IMG/VR virus record: IMGVR_UViG_3300008954_003554
Span: 1 to 64,000 of that record
Strand: one strand, 5' to 3'
DNA length: 64,000 bases
Source: a virus
Positions within the stretch are counted from its first letter, which is position 1. Each line of letters starts with the position of its first letter. The notes beneath the pieces were generated by a model. That model did no database searches and was not told the DNA's origin. It was given only the letters and a program-made list of their open reading frames with translations. Below are positions 18,526-28,458 of this stretch, one piece after another. The translations under genes were made by a program, and so were the position numbers.

Positions 18526-20292
18526 ATGAATCTAAAACTTTTAAGAAACATTATTAAGGAAGAAATGCTTCGTGAGCAAACTCCGAGAGAGAGGAAGCCC
18601 ACGAGCTGGTGGCTAAGGCAAGAAGTTCCTGAGACTCCTGCCTCCTCAGACACTCCCTGGCGGGCACTCTCTGACGATAGCTTTCCTATGCTTACTAAAA
18701 TATCTACGGGTAGCAGCAATGAGCTAATTAGATCTGGTGCGAGTAGTGAAAGCATTACTGAGTTGCAGAAAGCGCTAGTATCTCTTGGGTTTGATATTGG
18801 TAGATCTGGACCTAACAGCGACGGTGTCGACGGGAAGTGGGGCCGGAAAACCAGAAATGCTCTAATTGATTTTCAGACTGAGATGGTTGCGGACCACCCT
18901 GAGACATACACCACCGACGATATTGACGGTGTCGCAGGAGAAAAAACAGCCGCTGTCCTGCTAACATCACTCCTAGATGTACCCCCATATGATTCAGCCT
19001 CTCCAGAACCTGGGCCTGAAGATGATGATATCAGTCTTGACCTTGACTCTATTCAGAATCTTGGGAGAGTGCTGACTCCCGAAGAAGTTCCGCTGGAGCA
19101 GGTCGGTGATCAGGAGCCGTTTAGAATGGATACATCAGATGAGCCAGACGATTGGGATGAGGATCTTGCTGATGACTGGGAACATCTTCAGAATAGAACA
19201 AAAGGTTTTATTTCTGCAATGCCCGCTACTATCGCCTCAATGGGACATGCTAGAAATGTGGACGACGCAAAAGATCAGTCTGAGGACATCCTGGGTAGCG
19301 CATATAGAGATGCCTGGGACCAATCTGTAGCTGTTTATAACTTCCCATATTTGTGGGATCTTAGAGTTAGAAGACAAAACCCAGAACTTCAACCGGGAGA
19401 TTATTACAAGTTCGGACAAGCCGAGGATGAGGGAAGACTGGAGATGATGCAGCAAGCTCTCAGAGATCTGGGTGCCAGCGGTGACACTAAAGGTGTATAC
19501 AACAATACATCTTCAAGCCAATATATACAGGTGTTTGACGATTGGGAAGCTTTGACTGGAGGTGATCTCGATAATCATCGAAACAATCGACAAGCAGCCT
19601 ATCGACTTCTTTATGATAGGATTCACGATACCTATGCTAACGGACACGGAGACGGCAAAGCAATTGATGTACCCCTTTTTCGAGGTGCAAGAGACGTTCT
19701 AGATAAGGCAGAGCAAATTGCTGGCGTTAATCACAAGACGCACAAAGAAGCCGACCACTGGCACGTAACAATTTCTGAAAATGAGGATTTAAAAATGGAA
19801 AAAGAAAAAAGAAAAATGACACTCCTGGAAAGAAACATTCAGGCATTTCTTGTGGAGTCAGACCCAGATACGGATGCTGATGATTCCGATGAGCTTAGAG
19901 ATATTGCAGATGACCTTGAAGGATCTAAAAGTTACTCTATGTCTGCACAGTTGCAAGACGTTATGGGGCCCGATGAGCTTGAGGCATACGGGGCGAGTTA
20001 CGATGAAGGAGGAGATCCTACAGATGATGACCCGCGAAACGACCTGGCAGATAACCTTAATAACGCTGTATACGCTGCAAAAGTTTCCAAAATGGATCTA
20101 AAGAATATAATTGATGTTCTTGCTGAAATTCTTGTTACGTCACAGGGATATGATGAAGTTGCTGTTCTTGACGCATTTAGTAGTTATGTCAGAGCTGCAG
20201 ACGAGGGTGCCCACAGGTGGATGATGAGGGAAAGAAGACTATTTGAAGCTTCACGAGGAAGATGGCAGAAACTTTCTGGTCTCACAGAGTAG
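18526..20292 (+). CDS. MKIT-like leader protein with peptidoglycan-binding domain and M15-like remnant
   Basis: LLRNIIKEEMLRE; LQKAL..LGF...VDGKWG.KT.NAL..FQ...DGVAGEKT; GH..GKAID...HWHV. Confidence 0.7.
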   Translation: MNLKLLRNIIKEEMLREQTPRERKPTSWWLRQEVPETPASSDTPWRALSDDSFPMLTKISTGSSNELIRSGASSESITELQKALVSLGFDIGRSGPNSDGVDGKWGRKTRNALIDFQTEMVADHPETYTTDDIDGVAGEKTAAVLLTSLLDVPPYDSASPEPGPEDDDISLDLDSIQNLGRVLTPEEVPLEQVGDQEPFRMDTSDEPDDWDEDLADDWEHLQNRTKGFISAMPATIASMGHARNVDDAKDQSEDILGSAYRDAWDQSVAVYNFPYLWDLRVRRQNPELQPGDYYKFGQAEDEGRLEMMQQALRDLGASGDTKGVYNNTSSSQYIQVFDDWEALTGGDLDNHRNNRQAAYRLLYDRIHDTYANGHGDGKAIDVPLFRGARDVLDKAEQIAGVNHKTHKEADHWHVTISENEDLKMEKEKRKMTLLERNIQAFLVESDPDTDADDSDELRDIADDLEGSKSYSMSAQLQDVMGPDELEAYGASYDEGGDPTDDDPRNDLADNLNNAVYAAKVSKMDLKNIIDVLAEILVTSQGYDEVAVLDAFSSYVRAADEGAHRWMMRERRLFEASRGRWQKLSGLTE

Positions 20293-20303
20293 GGAGAGAG
20301 TTT

Positions 20304-20723
20304 ATGAAAATTTCCGAGAAAAATCTTAGAAAGCTGGTTTTATTGGAAATCCTAAAAGAACAGTATCAGCCCCGGGACGACGACCCCGAAGAAAGCCCTG
20401 AAAGCCCTGAAGGATCAGAAGAAAATGAATCCTACCAGGTTAATAAAAGAGTTGAGAAGGCAATAAAAAAAGCTTCTACTTCCACCTTTAGGAATAGAAA
20501 ATTTCGATCTCTTCTTAATAAGTTGCAGACCGTTACGGTTCCTCTTTACGGCAACAAGACGATAGATTTTAAGCTAGACCCGAAGCAGCCGACCAGCCTT
20601 CATTTTACTATTAAGAATATTGTAACAAGCCCAAAACTCCAAAATATCAACCTAACAGGAAAGGTAGATGATCTGATGAAACGTGATCCCAAGGTTTCAT
20701 TGAGAATCTCTGGACGATTTTAG
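20304..20723 (+). CDS. MKIT-leader protein, QYQPR subtype
   Basis: MKISEKNLRKLVLLEILKE-QYQPR. Confidence 0.65.
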   Translation: MKISEKNLRKLVLLEILKEQYQPRDDDPEESPESPEGSEENESYQVNKRVEKAIKKASTSTFRNRKFRSLLNKLQTVTVPLYGNKTIDFKLDPKQPTSLHFTIKNIVTSPKLQNINLTGKVDDLMKRDPKVSLRISGRF

Positions 20724-20740
20724 CACAAGGAAAATTTACT

Positions 20741-21319
20741 ATGAAAGTCACACGCAAACAATTAAGAAATCTTGTCAGGAAGACCCTCAAGTCTGATCTG
20801 AGAGAGCAGTATGAACCCAGAGAGCCTAGTCTTCCGAATCCGGAAGATCATGACTTTACAGGTCCGATCGGAGATGGAAATATTCTCAGGAAGTGGATCT
20901 GCATGAGCGGAATCCCTGGGGGTGAGGGAGAGGAACAATGGGGGTGGATGCGAATTCAACCTAACAAGAAAATTAAATTTGGAAATTGGGGTGATCAAAG
21001 TGTAGTCTCGATTTCCCAACTCGAGATAGAATCTAGGGTTGATAAGTCTTTTAACGAGGATGAGATTAGGGTTTATGGATTTAAGAGGGGTCGGAACGGT
21101 AAGCTCTACGTTTCTGGAGAAGTCAACATGGGTCGACTTCTTGGAGGCTGGCAGGGTGTAGAGCCCGGAACCTGGAAAAGGGTTGATGCTCCCGATGCGA
21201 ATTCTGTGATTAGAAGCATACTCACCCAATTATACCGACATGAGGAAGCTTCTGTTGAACTCGAAAGACACGATGTTCCTGTGGTAGGGGATGTCACAAT
21301 AACACTTTCTGTGGCATAA
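20741..21319 (+). CDS. MKIT-leader protein, QYEPR subtype
   Basis: MKVTRKQLRNLV...LRE-QYEPR; C-terminus DVTITLSVA. Confidence 0.65.
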   Translation: MKVTRKQLRNLVRKTLKSDLREQYEPREPSLPNPEDHDFTGPIGDGNILRKWICMSGIPGGEGEEQWGWMRIQPNKKIKFGNWGDQSVVSISQLEIESRVDKSFNEDEIRVYGFKRGRNGKLYVSGEVNMGRLLGGWQGVEPGTWKRVDAPDANSVIRSILTQLYRHEEASVELERHDVPVVGDVTITLSVA

Positions 21320-21396
21320 TTTAAAAGAGTCTTCTGATAATAAATGAGCAGCATAATATTTAATAAATGATCAGTGAATTAGGGAGCTTTTGATTG

Positions 21397-21717
21397 ATGA
21401 AAATATCAAAAAAATATCTTAGAAGACTCATCAAGGAAGAGCTCACACACCTATCAGAGGGAGTCGTACGTCTTAGATTTCTCCACAAACAGAAGATTGA
21501 TGACTATGTGTGGCGGGCAACCTCCGATAGCGGCGGCGGTGGCCAGCATGAAATCACAACACCTGATGGTGAAGAATGGGTGAAGGAGGACAGTGAGCTC
21601 GTAAAGGTTCACCGCAGCGGTGATTATAATCCAGCGGATGACATAGATGAGATCCACGCTGCCATGAAGAGTCACCGTGACACAGGCGAGTTTCCTGAGG
21701 GATGGACTAAACGATGA
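21397..21717 (+). CDS. MKIT-leader protein
   Basis: MKISKKYLRRLIKEELTHLSE. Confidence 0.65.
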   Translation: MKISKKYLRRLIKEELTHLSEGVVRLRFLHKQKIDDYVWRATSDSGGGGQHEITTPDGEEWVKEDSELVKVHRSGDYNPADDIDEIHAAMKSHRDTGEFPEGWTKR

Positions 21718-22079
21718 AGATAACACGTAGACAATTAAGAAGAATCATACTTGAGGAGAAGCAGAGGTTGATGCTTGAGTCTAGCGCTGGTGAGAAAAGA
21801 CAGTCAGAGATGCGCCAGTTTGCAGAGAGCAGAGGCGGAGCTAGAGTCAGGAGTGAGGGCAACAAGATTAAAGCATCTTCCGAGGCGATTCAGCGACTGG
21901 CAACAGAGCAGACCGGTCTCATGAGGGACACACTCTATAGGATGTCTGAGTTTGTTAGGAAGGTCGGTGAGTCATATGGAAGCATCGGCTTGCTAGATGA
22001 GGGTGGTTCGGTCGGAGACACCCTGCCATCGATCAAAGAGCTGAAAGCCTTAGCGAAGTCAATGAAAAAACTTGAATAG
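21714..22079 (+). CDS. MKIT-leader protein
   Basis: MKITRRQLRRIILEE...LMLE. Confidence 0.7.
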   Translation: MKITRRQLRRIILEEKQRLMLESSAGEKRQSEMRQFAESRGGARVRSEGNKIKASSEAIQRLATEQTGLMRDTLYRMSEFVRKVGESYGSIGLLDEGGSVGDTLPSIKELKALAKSMKKLE

Positions 22080-22087
22080 GAAGCATC

Positions 22088-22702
22088 ATGAAAATAACAC
22101 GCAGACAATTAAGACAGATTATTAAAGAAGAGATGAATAGGTCACTTCTGAAAGAAGGCGAAAGCGCACGGATGGCAGCCCGTGCACTGAACCGCTCTCG
22201 GGTAGGTACAGCATACTGGCAAAGTAGTGGCCTAAACTATAGTGGAAATCCTGCCTTTAGAATGATGCCGCCTGCTCACATTGCTCTCGCAGTCGCTGCC
22301 GGGGTTGTGTCTGCTGCTGTAGCTACAGAGGTGATGAGAGCTGCCGGGATGCTTCCGACCGCGTCAGGTGAAGCTCTAACAATATATGATATCGGAAAGA
22401 TAGATCCTTTCTATAGCGCGCCTGACGTTAAAAAGAGTGCTGAATGGCAGATATGTCTCGCAGATGCTCGGACTCACGCAAGGAGTGTTGGGAAAGTTTG
22501 TGTCTGGGTGAAGGGAAACATCGGTGAAGAGAAGGTTTATGTCATACATCCTGATGGAAATCTAACAAGTGGGGACAGAGATCAGAACGTGATGACTGTG
22601 AGTGAGAATGGAAGATTTGCCCGTGACGGCAGGCTTTTCTATGAGAGAAGTTGTTCTATATGTGATGATGCAGCAGAGGTTAGAAGCAGATGTCATCGAT
22701 GA
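22088..22702 (+). CDS. MKIT-leader protein with hydrophobic Ala/Val segment
   Basis: MKITRRQLRQIIKEE...LLKE; IALAVAAGVVSAAVA. Confidence 0.7.
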   Translation: MKITRRQLRQIIKEEMNRSLLKEGESARMAARALNRSRVGTAYWQSSGLNYSGNPAFRMMPPAHIALAVAAGVVSAAVATEVMRAAGMLPTASGEALTIYDIGKIDPFYSAPDVKKSAEWQICLADARTHARSVGKVCVWVKGNIGEEKVYVIHPDGNLTSGDRDQNVMTVSENGRFARDGRLFYERSCSICDDAAEVRSRCHR

Positions 22703-22926
22703 AAATCACCCGCAGACAACTAAGACAGATAATCAGGGAGCAAGCGGGGGAGCAATCTAAGATTGAACAAGAGCTTGAGAGGCGAAAATCTGATCAAGTA
22801 CTCACTTCAGTGTCTGATCTTATGGATCAGTTCATTAGGGCTCAGAATGCTCCGGCGCTACTTGGGGTTTTAGAAAGATTGCAGAGCCTGATTGGCCATT
22901 ATTCTGAAGCGGAGATACTACAATGA
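22699..22926 (+). CDS. MKIT-leader protein
   Basis: MKITRRQLRQIIRE. Confidence 0.65.
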   Translation: MKITRRQLRQIIREQAGEQSKIEQELERRKSDQVLTSVSDLMDQFIRAQNAPALLGVLERLQSLIGHYSEAEILQ

Positions 22927-23129
22927 AGATCACGCGAGAACAACTAAGGCGAATGATTTTAGAAAGCTGGGGTGAGGCATCCAGACCCGCAACACCCGAG
23001 GAGGCTGAATATTTTGAAAGGTTGCAGAATATTCAAAGATCAAGACAGCCTGGCCAAACTGTGGAACAAAGAATGGAAAAGCTTGAAGCGAAGGTTGATG
23101 CTATCCTAGATATGATAGGAGAGCTATAG
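22923..23129 (+). CDS. MKIT-leader protein
   Basis: MKITREQLRRMILE. Confidence 0.65.
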   Translation: MKITREQLRRMILESWGEASRPATPEEAEYFERLQNIQRSRQPGQTVEQRMEKLEAKVDAILDMIGEL

Positions 23130-23230
23130 TGAAAACAGATTTGGACAAAGCTCTGGAGAGTTTATCACCAGAAGAGCTAGCAGAGTATGAAGAGATCATA
23201 GAGCTCTGGATCACATACGGAGGGGATTAG

Positions 23231-24295
23231 ATGAAAATTACAAGAAGACAACTGAGAAGGCTAGTTGAGGTTGAGGTCAAGCTGACGGATGAGGAGATGA
23301 ACGCTGCAAGAGACGAGTTAATGCAGAAAGGTGGAACTTCAGACCCAGGAGACTTTGTTCAAGCTGTCAGGATGGCATCAGCTGATGATACTGACGAAGA
23401 TCTTTCAGATGAAGAGCTTTTGAAAATAGTCACAGATCAAGTTGATGATATCGCTGTTCATCCAATGGGAGACATCATTGACACCGAAAAACTTAATGAG
23501 GGATCTTGGGTGGGTTCTCGGAGAAAACTACTCCAGATTATTCAAGAAGAGCATGCTCGAATTGTGGAAGGCGACGTCGTCGGAATGTTCCCTCCGGGAC
23601 AGACAGCGATTCTGCAAATTGCAAGGGCACTAGCTTCCCGTGCTGAGGAGATGCTTGATCTCGACGGCGCTGGTGATGATATTGAGGTTCGTGTCGAACC
23701 AAACCTCTTTCTTACTCCTTACATAGATTTTGACGGACATGGCCAAGAGGTTCCCTCTCTTGCAAATCACGTCTATACCAACTATGTATCAGGAAAAGCC
23801 GGAGACCAGGCAGACTCGCTTGATGATATTCTTACGAGAATTAGTATTGACTATTTTGATGAACCCATTGAATACGCACTGGAGGCATTAGGTGATGACA
23901 GGTTCACAATGCCTGACACATATCACCAGGGTGATAAGTCGCAGATGATGAAGACAAAGGAGCTAGCATCTCAACAGGATCCCGAAGAGGTTGAGAAGAT
24001 GGGCATGGACTTTGAGAGATTCTTGCAAGGTATTGATCCAGAGGACCTGAGTGAGCAGCATCAGCCTCGCAACAACAAGCTGAATCAAGTAAATATACTT
24101 TTAGATGATGCTCTCAAACTTGTCGGAACGAACAACAAAGAAGCTTCCAGGAAGGTCCGGTCTGCTTCTAAAATTATGGACGGCGAGGCGGACGAGGGTG
24201 CTGTTGAGCAAGTTTCTCGTCTCGGTGACAAGCAAACAATAGTTGATATGAAGAGAATGGTAAACTCTAAGGGGTTTTCGTTTGCGCCAGACTAA
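23231..24295 (+). CDS. Acidic MKIT-leader protein with internal motif and EQHQPR
   Basis: MKITRRQLRRLVE; internal RRKLLQIIQEE; LSE-QHQPR. Confidence 0.65.
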   Translation: MKITRRQLRRLVEVEVKLTDEEMNAARDELMQKGGTSDPGDFVQAVRMASADDTDEDLSDEELLKIVTDQVDDIAVHPMGDIIDTEKLNEGSWVGSRRKLLQIIQEEHARIVEGDVVGMFPPGQTAILQIARALASRAEEMLDLDGAGDDIEVRVEPNLFLTPYIDFDGHGQEVPSLANHVYTNYVSGKAGDQADSLDDILTRISIDYFDEPIEYALEALGDDRFTMPDTYHQGDKSQMMKTKELASQQDPEEVEKMGMDFERFLQGIDPEDLSEQHQPRNNKLNQVNILLDDALKLVGTNNKEASRKVRSASKIMDGEADEGAVEQVSRLGDKQTIVDMKRMVNSKGFSFAPD

Positions 24296-24360
24296 GAAGC
24301 TTTTCTGAAATTAAGTAAGAATTATTATGAACTCAATCGGGAGATGTGTTATAATAATTC

Positions 24361-25521
24361 ATGGATTTATTTACAGTTGCTGGCCACGGAACTAATACTC
24401 AGATTATTGAAAGACGACTGACTACATGTCAATATAGGCCCGAAGCTGTCTTCATGTCACCGGGAGTTCAATACGATTTTTGGGCTAAGTTCGATCCTAA
24501 AATTGAACCAGTTGTAGATTCTCCAGAGGGAAAGTTGATTCATGTACCGACATTTATAAATCCCGGACAGCACCACGTGAATTCTGTTTTTGACCTGAGT
24601 GATACACTTTCGCTTAGAGGTTTTAGCAAAGATTTGCATCTTAGGGGTCTTAATTTTGGTCGAAATGGTAGACATTTTCATGCTATCCTATCATGTGCTG
24701 CGCTTAGAGAGTCTACAGGAGACTTGGTCAGGTGGTCAGTGGGAAGAAAAAATATTTTAGACGTGGGAAATGCAGGAGAAACATGGCTTTATCAGGCACT
24801 TAAACTTTCTGGACCTATGTTTGTGGAGAATTTAAACTATTACACCCTTGATATCTGTGATGATGTAAAGTTAGCAAGAAACAGTACATCCCTAGAAGTT
24901 CCCGCTGATAGATGGCATCATTTCGCTCACGATGCTAGAAAGGTTGACGGGATAGACAAAAGACTTCTACCCGAAGAGGGGTTTGATGTCATTCACATTG
25001 CACAGGCTTCATGTGAACTTTTCACGGGTACTGACTATATTCAAACACTTGAAAAACTTTATAACTTACTTGCCCCCGGTGGCACAATAATATTTCCTGC
25101 TAAAAAATTAGAACTAGATACTTCGTGTGACCCCGAGAAGAGCAATGAAACATTATATAAAATGGGTGAAGGAGAGTTTAGAATTGGAGGAAATATTTCA
25201 GTTTTAACAGCTGAAACTGAAGACCTGATTGCTGAAAGAGGAACCATTAGTACTCGGGACTGGATTGCTTATAAGTTTTGGGTGCAATCCAACATACAAT
25301 ATTTCTATCAAAGCAACCGATCAGGAATTGATCTGTTTACGTATTGTAAAAGATATTTTGATGCAAGGGAGCCGCTGAGAATAGACTCGCTCTCGTTTTT
25401 CAATAACGTTAGAATTAGATCAGTTTCTATTCAGACTTCCGACGTTCTGCTGACTCAAAATTATATTCCAACACTCACGAGTCGTGCCACTCTTACGGCG
25501 ACAAAACCTTTCGATAAATAG
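24361..25521 (+). CDS. Putative class I SAM-dependent methyltransferase-fold protein
   Basis: ILDVGNAG motif I-like, HDARK, FDVIH, LLAPGG.IIF. Confidence 0.5.
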   Translation: MDLFTVAGHGTNTQIIERRLTTCQYRPEAVFMSPGVQYDFWAKFDPKIEPVVDSPEGKLIHVPTFINPGQHHVNSVFDLSDTLSLRGFSKDLHLRGLNFGRNGRHFHAILSCAALRESTGDLVRWSVGRKNILDVGNAGETWLYQALKLSGPMFVENLNYYTLDICDDVKLARNSTSLEVPADRWHHFAHDARKVDGIDKRLLPEEGFDVIHIAQASCELFTGTDYIQTLEKLYNLLAPGGTIIFPAKKLELDTSCDPEKSNETLYKMGEGEFRIGGNISVLTAETEDLIAERGTISTRDWIAYKFWVQSNIQYFYQSNRSGIDLFTYCKRYFDAREPLRIDSLSFFNNVRIRSVSIQTSDVLLTQNYIPTLTSRATLTATKPFDK

Positions 25522-25546
25522 AAGATCCGACATGCCTATTTAATAT

Positions 25547-25936
25547 GTGGCACGAAAAAGGCGACAACGTAGGCGTAAGAGGGAGCTGTGGAGCAAGAAG
25601 TCAGACTACACATGTCTTGACGGATCGATAGTCTCAATGGATAGTACCTGGGAAGTTGCCTGTGCCAACCGTCTGGATGAACTTGGAATCCGATGGATAA
25701 GAAACCCATCTCTTAAGTTGAAGTACACCACGCGGGGCAGGAGACTCCGGAATTATATCCCAGACTTCTACCTGCCGGACCATGATGTCTACATCGAAGT
25801 CAAAGGGTATTGGACGGATTCGGCAAGACATAAGATGATGAGTGTGCAAGCACTGAATCCGGTAAAAATTATAATTCTCGAGAGCCTCGAAGAGATAGGA
25901 AGATTTGCCCCTGACCATCACGAAGATAAAGAATAA
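25547..25936 (+). CDS. PD-(D/E)XK endonuclease
   Basis: STWE..A..LD...I.W...YIPDFYL...IEVKGY. Confidence 0.8.
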   Translation: MARKRRQRRRKRELWSKKSDYTCLDGSIVSMDSTWEVACANRLDELGIRWIRNPSLKLKYTTRGRRLRNYIPDFYLPDHDVYIEVKGYWTDSARHKMMSVQALNPVKIIILESLEEIGRFAPDHHEDKE

Positions 25937-25980
25937 AACACATCATTTCATAATAGTTATAATATGGACCGGAGCCGCCA

Positions 25981-26259
25981 ATGAAAATAACACGCAGACA
26001 GCTAAGACAGATTATTAAAGAAGAAACTAGAAAACTATCAGAAGGGTGGGGTATAGATACTGGGATAGCGATTCCGAAACACGGCGTGACAATCGGTGAT
26101 GTCCAGGACGAGGCTATGAGGCTTGATCAAGACCTTTATTTCATTAACGACCGTGGAAAAACATATAAGGTGATGTCAGATGGTAATCTCCAAGGTCTGC
26201 CCGGAGATGAGCTTCCATCAGGTGTTGATGATAGATTAGTATATACAAGGAGATCATAA
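25981..26259 (+). CDS. MKIT-leader protein
   Basis: MKITRRQLRQIIKEETRKLSE. Confidence 0.7.
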   Translation: MKITRRQLRQIIKEETRKLSEGWGIDTGIAIPKHGVTIGDVQDEAMRLDQDLYFINDRGKTYKVMSDGNLQGLPGDELPSGVDDRLVYTRRS

Positions 26260-26870
26260 TGAAAATCACGCGCAGACAGCTAAGGCAGATCATTAAGGAA
26301 GCTGGCGGGTATCGTGATTATTCTGATGATGAAGTTGAATATACCTCGCGTGCCGGAACATTATATGACGAGCTCCCTGGCTTAGGCCCGAGAGACGATC
26401 ATCTTGAAAACATAAGTTCGCAAGACATGGCTGACGCAAAAAGACATGCGGGTGATGACCCAAAGGCACAAGCAGATTATCTCGACATCAGTGTTGAAGA
26501 TTGGAATCGAATTCGCCAAGAGACAGATGATTGGTACGAAGAGAGACACATTCTTGATCAGATGGAGATGGTTGATGACAAATTTATTGACTGGTCCAGA
26601 GACTTAGCAAAAGCTTTGAAGTATAGAAGCGTTGAAGATATGCCTGCCGATATGACAAGTGATTCTTACGGAGGACCCTATGATGCTTGGGACAGAGGTG
26701 TAAGTCCTGCAGACTATGCAGCGAGTGCTTATTCTCCAGGGCTAGATAAGACTTCTTCGGGCGGGAGGCACCCGCTCGACGTCGACGGAGACGGAAAGCT
26801 GACAATATCTGAAATGAAGATCACGCGTAGACAGCTAAGAAGAATCATAAGAGAGGCTGCTGAGATATAA
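26259..26870 (+). CDS. MKIT-leader protein with a second copy at the C-terminus
   Basis: MKITRRQLRQIIKE ... SE-MKITRRQLRRIIREAAEI*. Confidence 0.7.
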   Translation: MKITRRQLRQIIKEAGGYRDYSDDEVEYTSRAGTLYDELPGLGPRDDHLENISSQDMADAKRHAGDDPKAQADYLDISVEDWNRIRQETDDWYEERHILDQMEMVDDKFIDWSRDLAKALKYRSVEDMPADMTSDSYGGPYDAWDRGVSPADYAASAYSPGLDKTSSGGRHPLDVDGDGKLTISEMKITRRQLRRIIREAAEI

Positions 26871-26951
26871 ATCGAGCGCCCGGGCACGAGACACGCGTGT
26901 AGTCAAGAGCAGACTGTGGTACAATAGAAACATCCAAGGAGGATGTAAACT

Positions 26952-27239
26952 ATGTCACTATCAGTTAATCAACAAATGCAAAATGCTAAGCTGCTCACTC
27001 TTGGCGAGCTGCTGGAACTCAATCAATTTATCGTGGAGCAAATTAAGCAAGGGAGAGCAGAACAGGCACGCCAAATGAAACGAATGCTTTCTGTCGGAAG
27101 CAAGGTCTCGTTCGAAAACAATGACAGTAAGGTCGTTCAAGGTGAGGTCATCAAGATCATGAGGAAGTTCGCCCGGGTTAAGATCGGATCGGATACATGG
27201 CGAGTCCCGCTCAATCTTCTGACACTGGAGATGTCGTAA
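26952..27239 (+). CDS. Helix plus SH3/KOW-like phage protein
   Basis: LSVGSKVSF...GEVIKI.RK.A.V...WRVP..LL. Confidence 0.6.
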   Translation: MSLSVNQQMQNAKLLTLGELLELNQFIVEQIKQGRAEQARQMKRMLSVGSKVSFENNDSKVVQGEVIKIMRKFARVKIGSDTWRVPLNLLTLEMS

Positions 27240-27478
27240 TGAATCTAGTAACAGTACTCTTCGTAAACGGGATCGTAAGCTCGGTCAGCGGGCAGTCGGT
27301 AACAGTCCAGATGGATGCGAAACCCGAATGTGATCCCGTCGTCCTGGTGATGCCACTCGCCTCCTTTCCGTGTGACATCGGTGAGGGATCTACTTTTCAT
27401 CTCATGAAACTAGAAGAGGATTCTGAGACGATCGTTGTTTGTGGAAACTTCAACCAGTCAATCAAGGAAAGGAGGTAG
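27239..27478 (+). CDS. DUF3006-like protein, paralog of 3209
   Basis: GIVSSV.G..V.V...P...FPCDIGEG..F. Confidence 0.5.
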   Translation: MNLVTVLFVNGIVSSVSGQSVTVQMDAKPECDPVVLVMPLASFPCDIGEGSTFHLMKLEEDSETIVVCGNFNQSIKERR

Positions 27479-27636
27479 ACATGGATGATATCGAATATCC
27501 ATTTACTTTGAGTTATACCAAGCCTGATGGTGAGAAGATCAGTGTGGAAATCCACAATGACGGACAAGCCGAGGACGAGTATCACAATATGTGGTGGTTC
27601 TGCGGATATGACGTCAAATTTAGTGTGGACTGATAG

Positions 27637-28458
27637 ATGAAAGTAGTATTATTTGATGCAATGAATCTGATACACAGGTCACGAAATGGTTTTCACAAAG
27701 GTGATCACCCACTAACATATCAGTTTTTTAGATCATTCAAGCCCCTCCTAGAGAAGCTTCAGCCTGACCTGGCTTACTTTGTCTTAGAGGGCAGACCTAA
27801 GAGTCGAACTGAGGCATATACAGACTATAAGTCTAATCGGCCATCACTACCCGATTCGTTTTGGCGGCAGCAAGGAGAGATTCTAAGCATCATGCAAAAT
27901 CTACCTGTCGTCCAGATCAGACATCCTGATCATGAGTGTGATGATGTTATCGCCAATCTTGCGAAGCATCACACAGAGTCAGGGAATAGTGTTGTCATTG
28001 TGTCAGGTGATTCTGACTTCATTCAGGTGTTTGACTCAATGGATCGTGAGCTCGTTGATATTTATCACCCAATTAAAAAGACGTTTGTCGAAAAACCTAA
28101 CTACACCTATCTCGACTGGAAAGCACTCCGGGGAGATGTAAGTGACAACATTCCTGGAATCAAGGGGGTGGGAGATAAGACGGCGACTAAGCTCATCAAT
28201 AATCCTGACCTGTTGAGTGAGACACTATCCAATCCCGAGAAGCGTGAGATATTTGAAAGGAATAAGTCACTCATTGCTTTTCACTGGTTCGAAGATCTAA
28301 GTGATGACTTAAGAAATGAAGGTGCTGAGATCTTCTATCCTGTGCCCTCTATGAAAAATGTCATGGAATCGTTTGATCAGATGGGATTCAAGACCATGCT
28401 GACAGACAAGTACTGGCCGAAGTTTGAAGGTGCTTTTCACTCTCTGCTTACTGACTGA
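27637..28458 (+). CDS. 5'-3' exonuclease / flap endonuclease (T4 RNase H, PolA N-terminal-like)
   Basis: FDAMNL, YKSNR, ECDDVIA, SGDSDFIQ, LRGDVSDNIPGIKGVGDKTA (helix-hairpin-helix). Confidence 0.92.
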   Translation: MKVVLFDAMNLIHRSRNGFHKGDHPLTYQFFRSFKPLLEKLQPDLAYFVLEGRPKSRTEAYTDYKSNRPSLPDSFWRQQGEILSIMQNLPVVQIRHPDHECDDVIANLAKHHTESGNSVVIVSGDSDFIQVFDSMDRELVDIYHPIKKTFVEKPNYTYLDWKALRGDVSDNIPGIKGVGDKTATKLINNPDLLSETLSNPEKREIFERNKSLIAFHWFEDLSDDLRNEGAEIFYPVPSMKNVMESFDQMGFKTMLTDKYWPKFEGAFHSLLTD

